DNA of 64,000 bases from an uncultured Acidobacteriota bacterium (GTDB lineage: Bacteria > Acidobacteriota > Thermoanaerobaculia > Multivoradales > SZUA-115), in contig CAWDVR010000003.1 of assembly GCA_963805975.1 (NCBI GenBank), forward strand, positions 192,001-256,000. The letters run 5' to 3'. Position numbers and translations under genes: made by a program. Shown here in pieces: positions 20,213 through 28,141 of this stretch (position 1 is the stretch's first letter; every line of letters starts with the position of its first letter). The notes beneath the pieces are model-generated. The model worked only from the letters and a program-made list of their open reading frames with translations, did not search any database and was not told where the DNA came from.

Positions 20213-21156
20213 AGCGTCTCCCGGCCCTGGTGCTCGCCTTCTCCATGGTCCCGGGCTGCGGGTCGACCGGCGGCAGCGCGCCGCGGGCCGCGCCGCCTGC
20301 GCCGGCACCGCTCTTCGAGTTCCATAGCGGCTTCTGGCTCAATCTTCACCAGGGGCTGCACTACGCGGCCACGGCGCGCCGTCCACCCGAGGGCCCGCCG
20401 GACGCGGCCTGGAAGGCGGCGGTGGATCTCTACCGGCGAAAATTCGGCGAGGACGGTGCCATGGGACTGCTGTTCGACGCTGAGCTGGTCGCTCTCAGCC
20501 GCCAACTGAGCGCGCTCGGCTCGGCACCGGAGCTCTCCGGGGTGGAGCCCGAGCTGGCCGTGCACCTCGCCGCCGCGGCCGAGGTGGTGCGCGGTGACTG
20601 GCCGCGAGAGGACGCGGCCCACCGCGCGTGGATCGTCGCCCTCGAACCACTGCTGGCCCGTCATGGTGGAGCGCTCCGCTCCGAGCTGGAGAAGGCCTAC
20701 CAGGCAGCCTGGCCCGCGACGCCGATCCGGGTCGACGTCTCCCGATGGGCCGGTGCGGTAGGCGCCTACACCGTGCTCGACCCGCCGTACATCACGGTCT
20801 CGAGCGGCGATCCTTCCTATGCCGGCGAGGCCGCCCTCGAGATGATCTTCCACGAGACCTCGCATGCCCTGATCGAAAACGTGTCGCAACGGCTTCAGAC
20901 CGAGGCCACGAAGCAGGGACGGCGCCCGCCGCGCGATCTTTGGCATGCCGTGCTCTTCTACTCGACCGGCGAGATCGTAAAGCGCCGGCTCGGTCCGAGC
21001 TACGTGCCCTACGCCGAGAAGAACGGCCTCTGGCAGGGGGCGTGGGGCCAGTTCAAGCCCGTCCTCGAACGGGACTGGCAGCCCTATCTCGACGGCAAGG
21101 TGGACCTCGACACCGCCGTGAGCGCTCTCGTCGCCGGATTGCCGGACGGCGGCTGA
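20203..21156 (+). CDS. Putative lipoprotein with HExxH zinc-binding motif
   Basis: GTG 20203 overlaps the upstream stop; hydrophobic leader then VPGC; EMIFHETSH, GAYT, LWHAVLFY. Confidence 0.65.
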   Translation: MDLKRLPALVLAFSMVPGCGSTGGSAPRAAPPAPAPLFEFHSGFWLNLHQGLHYAATARRPPEGPPDAAWKAAVDLYRRKFGEDGAMGLLFDAELVALSRQLSALGSAPELSGVEPELAVHLAAAAEVVRGDWPREDAAHRAWIVALEPLLARHGGALRSELEKAYQAAWPATPIRVDVSRWAGAVGAYTVLDPPYITVSSGDPSYAGEAALEMIFHETSHALIENVSQRLQTEATKQGRRPPRDLWHAVLFYSTGEIVKRRLGPSYVPYAEKNGLWQGAWGQFKPVLERDWQPYLDGKVDLDTAVSALVAGLPDGG

Positions 21157-21166
21157 GGGCGGGCCG

Positions 21167-21901
21167 CTATTCCACGGCGCCGTCCGCCGGCTCGCCGTCC
21201 TGGCTCGGGGCGCTCTTTCGTCCCTGGCGGGAGCGCCGGCTGACGCGCTTCTCCTCGCGCAGGCGCTCCTTGTCGCGCGTGTCCTGCGCCAGGTGGACGT
21301 CGCGCACACTCTGCTGGAAGAGCTGCATCACCTCGCGCCGGGTGAGGCCCGGGAACAGCTCTTCGTCGAGGTCGGCCAACCGCGCCAGCCGTCCGGCCAC
21401 GCCGTAGAGCTCCTCGAAGAAGGCCGCCGGCTGGAGGTGCAGCGCGGCGAGGATGCCGAGCACGTGCTCGACCTTGAGCTCGAGGTTGCCGCGCAGCACC
21501 TGGTTGACGTAGTCGGGATGCTCGCCCATGCGGCGGGCCACCTCGCGCTGCGAGATCTCCGACTCGGCGATCTTCACCCACAGCCGATCGCGCAGCCGCT
21601 CGACCTCGAAGTCCACGTCCAGAGGGCGCAACGGTATCGTTCCCCGCAGCATGGAGGGCGGCAACAGGTCGGTGAAGCCGTAGAGGTCCGCGAACAGAGA
21701 GACGGGCGCGAGCTCGACCTCCGAGCAGATCTTGAACACCACGCGCACGGTCAGTCGCGCACTGCCACCCAGCAGTTGGGTGAGGTAGTGCGGATTGAAG
21801 CCACAGCGCACGGAGAGCTCTCTGAGCGGCACTCTGGCCTTGCGGGCCGCCAGCTTGAGGCGTGCGATCAAGCCGTGAATTTCTGTGTCGAAGCTGACCA
21901 C
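21167..21901 (-). CDS. Transcriptional regulator with two tandem XRE-type HTH domains
   Basis: Two similar units: LRELSVRCGFNPHYLTQLLGG..LTV..LFADLYG and SQREVARRMGEHPDYVNQVLRG.LELKV..FFEELYG; start GTG 21901 approximate. Confidence 0.8.
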   Translation of the reverse strand: MVSFDTEIHGLIARLKLAARKARVPLRELSVRCGFNPHYLTQLLGGSARLTVRVVFKICSEVELAPVSLFADLYGFTDLLPPSMLRGTIPLRPLDVDFEVERLRDRLWVKIAESEISQREVARRMGEHPDYVNQVLRGNLELKVEHVLGILAALHLQPAAFFEELYGVAGRLARLADLDEELFPGLTRREVMQLFQQSVRDVHLAQDTRDKERLREEKRVSRRSRQGRKSAPSQDGEPADGAVE

Positions 21902-22129
21902 GTGTTCACCGTAGCATAGCCGTGAAAAATCGAACAAATCGCCGGTAGATCGCGTTCCCCGTCCGCTCTTCGCCCTGCTGCCAGAACCACTCCGAACGTT
22001 GCTCCTCCCTGCCGCCGGCCCCGGCGGACCGCGGTGAGAAAAGCGCCACGTAAATTCGTTCCACCCCGTGTGCGCGGACCTCGTGGCCATGGTGGCGGCG
22101 GGCGTGACCGCGCCCGGAAGGAGTGATCT

Positions 22130-22456
22130 ATGTCCTCTCGAAACGCGCGGTCCGTCGTCGCTTCAGTTCTCGTTCTGTGGACCGCCTCAACACCCAGCCC
22201 AGCCCTCGCCTCGCCGTTCGGCGTCGGCGAGCGGGCGAGCGCCGTGCTCGAACGTCTTTGGAATGGCCTTTCTTCGTTGTGGGAGAAGGAAGGGTGCCAG
22301 ATCTTGCCGGACGGCAGGATCGTGTGCCCGAAGCCGGATGTAGTGCCGCCGGGGATCGGCCCCACGCTGCCGCCGGTCGAGCCCAAGCCTGCGAGTCGAG
22401 CGCCGCAGGAGCCGGACGCGGCTGAGCCTCTTCGGGCCCGGCCGAACACGGTCTAG
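22130..22456 (+). CDS. Small secreted peptide precursor with amphipathic helix, Cys loop (KEGCQILPDGRIVC) and Pro-rich tail
   Basis: GGAG RBS; signal peptide ending PALA; VLERLWNGLSSLW helix; two Cys at 22295 and 22325. Confidence 0.7.
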   Translation: MSSRNARSVVASVLVLWTASTPSPALASPFGVGERASAVLERLWNGLSSLWEKEGCQILPDGRIVCPKPDVVPPGIGPTLPPVEPKPASRAPQEPDAAEPLRARPNTV

Positions 22457-22479
22457 CCCCGCGGGTCGAGGTGAGCTTT

Positions 22480-22517
22480 GAAAGAGGGGGAAGAGGCTGG
22501 CCTCTTCCCCCTCTTTC
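22480..22517 (+). terminator. 17-bp perfect hairpin, probable intrinsic terminator/attenuator
   Basis: GAAAGAGGGGGAAGAGG-CTGG-CCTCTTCCCCCTCTTTC followed by a pyrimidine-rich tail. Confidence 0.7.
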
Positions 22518-22544
22518 TCTCTTCCGGTAGACTCTTTGTTGCCG

Positions 22545-23705
22545 ATGCGTGAACATCCCGCTAGCTACGAGAAGGCGTTCACTTCTGCCTTGGAGCGAGC
22601 TTTGGAAGGAGTGCCCGAGCCTCCCGACCGGGAGACCCTCGCGCGAGTCTGCAATCGCCTGCTGCGCCGCCGCTCCGGGCACCTCGAGATGATGGCCGCG
22701 AACAGCCCGCTCGAACGCCGGGTTCTCGTGGTGCGCGAGCTGGTCCGGCACAGCGAATCCTACCGCTTCAGCGACGCCCGGCGCATGATGCTCCACGCGC
22801 GGGCCGCGGTCACCGTGGCGGACGGCCTCCCGGCCTCGGCGGCGCCCGCCGGAACCCTGGCCGATGTGCAGGCCGAGGCCTGGGCCTGCCTCGCCAACGC
22901 GCTGCGCTTGAGCGGCGACAGCCGCGCGGCGGAAGAAGCCTGGAGCCAGGCCGAGATCCATCTCGCAGCCGGCACCGGCGACGCCCTGCTGGCGGCGAAG
23001 CTGGCGCGCTTCAAGGGTGTGCTGCGCTTACGGCAGCGGCGCTTCGGCGAGGCGGTCGAGCTCCTGGAGGGGGCGGCCTCGGCGTACGAGGGAGCGGGCG
23101 AGCTCGACCAGGCGGGCCGCACTTGGATCACTCTCGGTGTCGCCCAGCACGAGCGCGGCGACCTGCCGCAGGCCGCACAGGGCGCGTTTCGCGGCGGTCA
23201 GCTCATCGACCGGCAGAGCTCTCCCGAACTCGCCATCGCGGCCCTCAACAACCTCGTCTTCTATCTCCACCAGGCCGGCCACCAGCAGGATGCCGAGTAC
23301 TTCCTGGCGCTGATCCGTGACCTGGTGGCGCGCCAGCGAATGGAGATCGAGACGCTGCGGCTGCGTTGGCTGGCGGCCAAGATGTCCGCCGCCGCGGGCC
23401 GCAAGACGCAGGCGCGCCACGAGCTCGACGCCGTCCGCCGCGGCTTCATCGACCAGAGCCTGCCCTACGATGCGGCCCTGGTCTCGCTCGAGCTCGCCCT
23501 GCTCTACGCCGAGTCCGGCTCCGGAGTCGAGGTGGAGCGCCTGGCGACCGAGATGTACCCCATCTTCCTGTCCGCTGACCTGCCGCGCGAGGCCACGGCC
23601 TCACTGCTCCTCTTCGTGCAGGCGGTCCAAGACCGCAAAGCCAGCCCGGACCGCATCCGCGAGCTGCTCGCCAGCCTCGAAACCCAGCGCAGCGCGCGCG
23701 AGTAG
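22545..23705 (+). CDS. TPR-like all-helical protein
   Basis: AEAWACLANALRLSGD, GTGDALL, RRFGEAVELL, ALNNL, LRLRWL, YDAALVSLELALLY helical repeats. Confidence 0.8.
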   Translation: MREHPASYEKAFTSALERALEGVPEPPDRETLARVCNRLLRRRSGHLEMMAANSPLERRVLVVRELVRHSESYRFSDARRMMLHARAAVTVADGLPASAAPAGTLADVQAEAWACLANALRLSGDSRAAEEAWSQAEIHLAAGTGDALLAAKLARFKGVLRLRQRRFGEAVELLEGAASAYEGAGELDQAGRTWITLGVAQHERGDLPQAAQGAFRGGQLIDRQSSPELAIAALNNLVFYLHQAGHQQDAEYFLALIRDLVARQRMEIETLRLRWLAAKMSAAAGRKTQARHELDAVRRGFIDQSLPYDAALVSLELALLYAESGSGVEVERLATEMYPIFLSADLPREATASLLLFVQAVQDRKASPDRIRELLASLETQRSARE

Positions 23706-23802
23706 CGCTCCTCCTCCGCCACGAAGGCTTTGGGCGCCGCTGCGCCCACTGCCAGAGGTTTGATCTTCATAAAATGTATAGAGTGAATAATCATAGTTTC
23801 TG

Positions 23803-23831
23803 TTGACCCTCCGCTGAATCAGCGCTATAAA
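23803..23831 (+). promoter_or_regulatory. Sigma70-type promoter with spacer palindrome and AT-rich upstream element
   Basis: TTGACC (23803-08), 17 nt, TATAAA (23826-31); CGCTGA-A-TCAGCG at 23812-23824; AT-rich tract 23758-23802. Confidence 0.7.
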
Positions 23832-23837
23832 AGCTGC

Positions 23838-24653
23838 ATGACTCTCATGCTAGCGGCCGCGTCCTCTATGGGGAGAGGCGGGGCGCCGGGCTCGGGCGCC
23901 GGCTACGCACAAGCGTTCGCCAGCGTCAAGCGGCGGCTGGCGAGCCGGGCGCGCTCGGCGGGAGACGCGGTCGACTGGCAGCACCTCACGGACCTCTATC
24001 TCGCCCTGCCGCCCGCCGAGCGCAGCGACCGCCTGGCCGCGGACCCCAACGGGAGTCGCCTCGAGCTGGGCCTGGCGATGGTCGATCGCGCCACCGGGGT
24101 GCTCGCCCGTTCCCGTGCCGAAGCCGGCGAGCTGGCGGACCTCGGCTTGCTGGTGGTGGACCGGGCCGTGGAGGAGGGTGGCGCCGCGGTCGAGCCGGGG
24201 GGCCTGGCGGTGGCGCTGGACGCCGCGGCCACGGGCTGGGCGGTGCATGCCGAGGTCGCTCTGCTGGACGACGATCGCGAGCGCGCCGAGCTGGCGCTCC
24301 TCACCGCTCGCCTCCTCGCCGACCACGGCTCGGGCGACCCGCTGGTGGCGGGAGCGGTGGCCATGGCGCAGGCCCTCTTCCTCTGGGTGGCCGGCGACCT
24401 CGAGCAGACCGCGGGCCACATCGACAGCGCGGTGGCCCTCTATCGCCAGGTGGGGGAAGGGCGCCGCGAGGCCCTGGCCCTGCTGCGCAAAGCGATGTTG
24501 CTCGATGGTGCCGGCCGTACGAGCGAAGCCCGGCAGGCGCTGGCCCGCGTGGTCGAGCTCAGCCGGACCGGCACTCTGTCGGAGGAGGCCCGCGGGCTCC
24601 TGGAGCAGCTCCTGGCCGAGCTGGGGACCGGCGAGGAAGGGACCTCGCGCTGA
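23838..24653 (+). CDS. Second TPR-like helical protein, apparent paralogue of 22545-23705
   Basis: GYAQAF, ATGWAVHAEVALL, GSGDPLVAG, AVALYRQVGE..REALALL.KA. Confidence 0.7.
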   Translation: MTLMLAAASSMGRGGAPGSGAGYAQAFASVKRRLASRARSAGDAVDWQHLTDLYLALPPAERSDRLAADPNGSRLELGLAMVDRATGVLARSRAEAGELADLGLLVVDRAVEEGGAAVEPGGLAVALDAAATGWAVHAEVALLDDDRERAELALLTARLLADHGSGDPLVAGAVAMAQALFLWVAGDLEQTAGHIDSAVALYRQVGEGRREALALLRKAMLLDGAGRTSEARQALARVVELSRTGTLSEEARGLLEQLLAELGTGEEGTSR

Positions 24654-24681
24654 GGATCCCGGCGAGACCTCGTGGCGGCCG

Positions 24682-25341
24682 TCAGGCGACCGGAGACGCG
24701 AGCGCGGCCGCGGCCCCGTCCAGCAGAACCTGGAAGCGTTCGTAGAAGCGTCCCACGTGGAGGCCGTCCATCAGCGCGTGGTGCACCTCGACGGAAACCG
24801 GCATCCGGCGGCGCTCGCCGGCCGCCCGGTGCTTGCCGAAGACCACCTTGGGCACCGAGTCGTCCGCGCGCCGCCGGCGCGCATGGGCGAAGCTCGTGAA
24901 CGAGACCCACGGGATCACCGAGTAGTGCAGCAGGTCGTCGCGCTCGTCGCTCGGGCGCAGGGAGCCGGGATCTTGCCGCACCTCGTCCAGCACCTGTGAG
25001 GCCGCGCTGGCGAAATGCGGAAAGTCCGGCTCGTAATTGAAGTAGGCGAAGGTGAAGGTCTCGTCCGGCAGCAGCACGGTCGATCCGCCGTGCACCACCT
25101 CGTGCACCATCACCCGCTCGCCGCGCAGGCGGTAGCGGAAGGGCTCGATCGCGTTGGCGGCCGAGAGCGAGAGGAAGAGCGAGGCGAGGAAGAACGAAGG
25201 CCCGTCAGGTGCCGCAGAGAGCTCGGCCAGCCGCGTCACATCCACCTCGGCCGAGAGATTGAAGAATGGTTGCTCGTAGCCGCGGAAGAGATGGAAGTGC
25301 TGCCGCCGCGGCCAGGTCGATAGGTCGAGCTCGTGGGGCAT
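24682..25341 (-). CDS. CatA-like O-acetyltransferase (chloramphenicol acetyltransferase family)
   Basis: LDLSTWPRRQHFHLF, SVIPWVSFTSF, PKVVFGK, MPVSVEVHHALMDGLHV (catalytic HHxxxDG). Confidence 0.9.
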   Translation of the reverse strand: MPHELDLSTWPRRQHFHLFRGYEQPFFNLSAEVDVTRLAELSAAPDGPSFFLASLFLSLSAANAIEPFRYRLRGERVMVHEVVHGGSTVLLPDETFTFAYFNYEPDFPHFASAASQVLDEVRQDPGSLRPSDERDDLLHYSVIPWVSFTSFAHARRRRADDSVPKVVFGKHRAAGERRRMPVSVEVHHALMDGLHVGRFYERFQVLLDGAAAALASPVA

Positions 25342-25343
25342 CG

Positions 25344-26075
25344 CTAGCGCCGTCCCTCTTGGTGCGGTGGCTCCTCCACGAAGCACTCGAAGGTCTCGGT
25401 GAAGTCCTGCCAGGTGTTGCCGGTCTCGCGGCGGAAGAAGGAGACCTTGCGCGGGCTGGGGTAGACGAAGGTTTCGCCGTCGAGCTGGTCGAACTTCACG
25501 TCGGCGATGGAGAGCGACATCGAGCTCTCCTTGCCCTCGCCGTCCCACTTGCGGCCGGCGGTCTGGTTCTCGGCGAAGAAGTAGACGTAGCTGTTGCGGG
25601 TCATGGCGTCGGTGGTCACGGTGTCGCCCGGCTTGACCGTCCACCAGCCGCGGGCGATCCAGTTGTCGTCCAGGTCCATGTAGTAGAGCGCGACCGAGAC
25701 GTCGTGCGTGCACTTGTTGTGGAGCAGGAGCTTGTCGAAGCTGCGGTTGGCATCGACCTGGAACTTCTCGGCCAGCAGCTCGATGCGCTCCTTGCGCAGG
25801 TCCATCCGCTCGTCGTGCAGCTTCACCACCTCGGCGCGGGTGGCCTGGCTGTGCTCCTCGAGCAGGCGCCGCTGTTCATCGAGGAGCTGGTTCAGGGTCT
25901 CGGTCTTGGCGTCGGCCGGCGTCTCCGCGGCCGGTGCCGAATCGTCTCCGGAGCGGAGGAGCCGGCCGATCAGGCTCTGCACCGCCGGCACCGACAGCAG
26001 CACGGCGGTGCAGGTCAGCGCCCCGACCACCAGGCTGAAGAACCCGATCTTCTCTCCTCTGTTCCAGGCTCTCAT
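25344..26075 (-). CDS. Membrane-anchored coiled-coil protein with DUF1036-like domain
   Basis: N-terminal TM, coiled coil, then NKC...VSVALYY..W.ARGWW.V.PG...YVYFFAE. Confidence 0.7.
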   Translation of the reverse strand: MRAWNRGEKIGFFSLVVGALTCTAVLLSVPAVQSLIGRLLRSGDDSAPAAETPADAKTETLNQLLDEQRRLLEEHSQATRAEVVKLHDERMDLRKERIELLAEKFQVDANRSFDKLLLHNKCTHDVSVALYYMDLDDNWIARGWWTVKPGDTVTTDAMTRNSYVYFFAENQTAGRKWDGEGKESSMSLSIADVKFDQLDGETFVYPSPRKVSFFRRETGNTWQDFTETFECFVEEPPHQEGRR

Positions 26076-26184
26076 CGCACCTTCCCGTCTCCGCCCTCGG
26101 CTCGCAACCCTCTCGCCCTGCTGAAGTTAAGCGAGCGTATCGGGACGGGGCACGGAGGTCAACTGGCGATCGACTGCACGGCGC

Positions 26185-26243
26185 TCCTAAAAAATTAGTT
26201 GACAGGTTTTCCATTCGGTGCCTATGATCCTAAAAAATTAGGA
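26185..26243 (+). promoter_or_regulatory. Promoter with two palindromic operators for the BlaI-like repressor
   Basis: TTGACA 26199-204, TATGAT 26223-228; TCCTAAAAAATTAG 26185-198 and TCCTAA-AAAA-TTAGGA 26228-243 flank the promoter, the second overlapping the RBS. Confidence 0.85.
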
Positions 26244-26247
26244 GGCG

Positions 26248-26643
26248 ATGATGCCGAGACCCCCGACGACGCAGCTCACCCCGCTCGAGCTGGCGATCAT
26301 GAAGGTGCTGTGGGAGGGCGGGCCGGCCACCGTGCAGGTGGTACGCGAGCGGCTGGCCGGCGAGCGCGACCTGGCCTACAACACCGTGCAGACCATGCTC
26401 AACGTGCTGCACAGGAAAGCCAAGGTGCGCCGCCTGCGGCAGGGCCGCGCCTTCGAGTACGCGCCGGTGGTGAGCCGCCTGCAAGCCGCGCGTCAGGCCG
26501 CGACCGATCTCGTGCAGCGCATGTTCGACGGCTCGGCCGAGGGCCTGGTGATGAGCCTGGTGGAGGCGCGGCACCTGACGCCGGAGCGGCTGGCGCGCCT
26601 CTCCGAGCTGGTCGACGAGAGAGAGGAGGGTCGCGATGCGTAG
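26248..26643 (+). CDS. BlaI/MecI/CopY family repressor
   Basis: LTPLELAIMKVLW, LAYNTVQTML..L..K, GRAFEY, FDGS. Confidence 0.95.
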   Translation: MMPRPPTTQLTPLELAIMKVLWEGGPATVQVVRERLAGERDLAYNTVQTMLNVLHRKAKVRRLRQGRAFEYAPVVSRLQAARQAATDLVQRMFDGSAEGLVMSLVEARHLTPERLARLSELVDEREEGRDA

Positions 26644-28087
26644 CCTCGCGGAGGCCGCGGTTCCCATGCTCGTCAACGCGCTCTGGCAGCTTCCGCTCCT
26701 GGTCGCCCTGGGAAAGCTCGCCGCCTGGCAGCTGCGGCGCGCACCGGCGGCGCACCTCCACGCGCTGTGGCTGGCGGTGCTGCTGGTGGGCGTCGCTCTG
26801 CCCGTGGCGAGCCCGTTCCTCACCACGCGGTCAGCTCTCGGCGCGAGCCTGCGGTCCGCGGCTCCGGAGGCCGGTGAGCCGGCGCCCGCGACACCGGCCG
26901 AGGGTGCCGTCGAGCACGAGGCCGCGAGATGGACGGCGGCGCTGCCCGCGAGCACCCTGCGGGGCGCCGGCCGGATCGCGCTCGGCCTCTACCTGGTGCT
27001 GGTCGCCTTCGCCGCCTTGCGCCTGGCCGTGGCCGTGCGCCGTGCTTCCTCCCTGAGGAACCGGGCGGAGCTCCTCCCCGAAGGCTCGCCCGTGGCCGCC
27101 ATCGCGGCACGGCTCGGCCCCGCGCTGGGCGTCCGGCGGGTGGAGCTCTTCGCCAGCGCCGAAGTGGCGGGCCCGGTGACGGTGGGCATCGGCCGGCCGG
27201 CGATCCTGCTTCCGTCCTGGCTCCTGGCCGGCGCCGGGCGCGCGGAGCTCGAGGCGGTGCTCGCCCACGAGCTGGCGCACGTGGCCAGACGCGACTGCGC
27301 CGTGCAGCTCGCGGCGGAGCTGCTGCTCCTGCCTCTCGCCCCTCATCCGGCGGCCTGGTGGCTGCGCGCCGAGGTGGTCCGGGCGCGGGAGATGGCCTGC
27401 GACGAGGCCGCCGCGGCCCTCGCCGACGGCCGCACCTATGCCCGCTCGCTGCTCGGTCTGGCAGTGTCCATCGCCGGCCACAACGGCTCGGCCGCAACCC
27501 TCGGCGCCTTCGACGCCGACCACCTGGAGGAACGTATGAAGAGACTGCTCGATGGACCGCGACGCCTCCCGCTCTCCCGCGCCCGCTGGGCGCTCGCCGG
27601 CTGCTTCCTGGCGCTCCTGGCAGCGGCCTGGTCGGCCGCCGGTTTCGCGCTGGCGGCGCCGGCGTCGAGTACCGACCTCGCCCGCCTGGTCGGGGTCTGG
27701 CGCGGCAACTACGACCAGGGCGAGGGCAAGGGCATGCCGGGCGCCACGCTCACCGTGACCACGGTCGACGGCCAGCCGCGGGTCGCCATCCTGATGTACC
27801 GGCACCTCAAGCAGGCGGACGGATCGCTGCGGTCGGCGGCGACGGGTTTCCCCGTGGTCGACGTGGCGTTCGCCCAAGGGCGCCTCACCTTCCGCAGCCG
27901 CGACGACAACTTCACCTTCAAGGGCGGGCCCAGGGAGAGCGTGGACTACGAGTGGGCCTTCGAGGCGGTCGGCGAGAACCAGGGACTGCTCTCGCTGCTG
28001 CACAACTCCCGGTTCAAGGCCCCCGCCGCGCGCGGCGAGCACGTCCCGCCGGGCCCGCCGCCGATCGAGATGCAGAAGGACCCGTGA
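26636..28087 (+). CDS. M56 family (BlaR1-like) metallopeptidase with non-PBP C-terminal domain
   Basis: TM helices, LAHELAHVARRD, REMACD, YARSLL, LEERMKRL; C-terminal beta domain (LVGVWRG). Confidence 0.92.
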   Translation: MRSLAEAAVPMLVNALWQLPLLVALGKLAAWQLRRAPAAHLHALWLAVLLVGVALPVASPFLTTRSALGASLRSAAPEAGEPAPATPAEGAVEHEAARWTAALPASTLRGAGRIALGLYLVLVAFAALRLAVAVRRASSLRNRAELLPEGSPVAAIAARLGPALGVRRVELFASAEVAGPVTVGIGRPAILLPSWLLAGAGRAELEAVLAHELAHVARRDCAVQLAAELLLLPLAPHPAAWWLRAEVVRAREMACDEAAAALADGRTYARSLLGLAVSIAGHNGSAATLGAFDADHLEERMKRLLDGPRRLPLSRARWALAGCFLALLAAAWSAAGFALAAPASSTDLARLVGVWRGNYDQGEGKGMPGATLTVTTVDGQPRVAILMYRHLKQADGSLRSAATGFPVVDVAFAQGRLTFRSRDDNFTFKGGPRESVDYEWAFEAVGENQGLLSLLHNSRFKAPAARGEHVPPGPPPIEMQKDP

Positions 28088-28141
28088 GACGGGCTGGCGG
28101 CGAGAATCAGTAGACTGGGCCGAATTTCTGAGGAACGAGAG

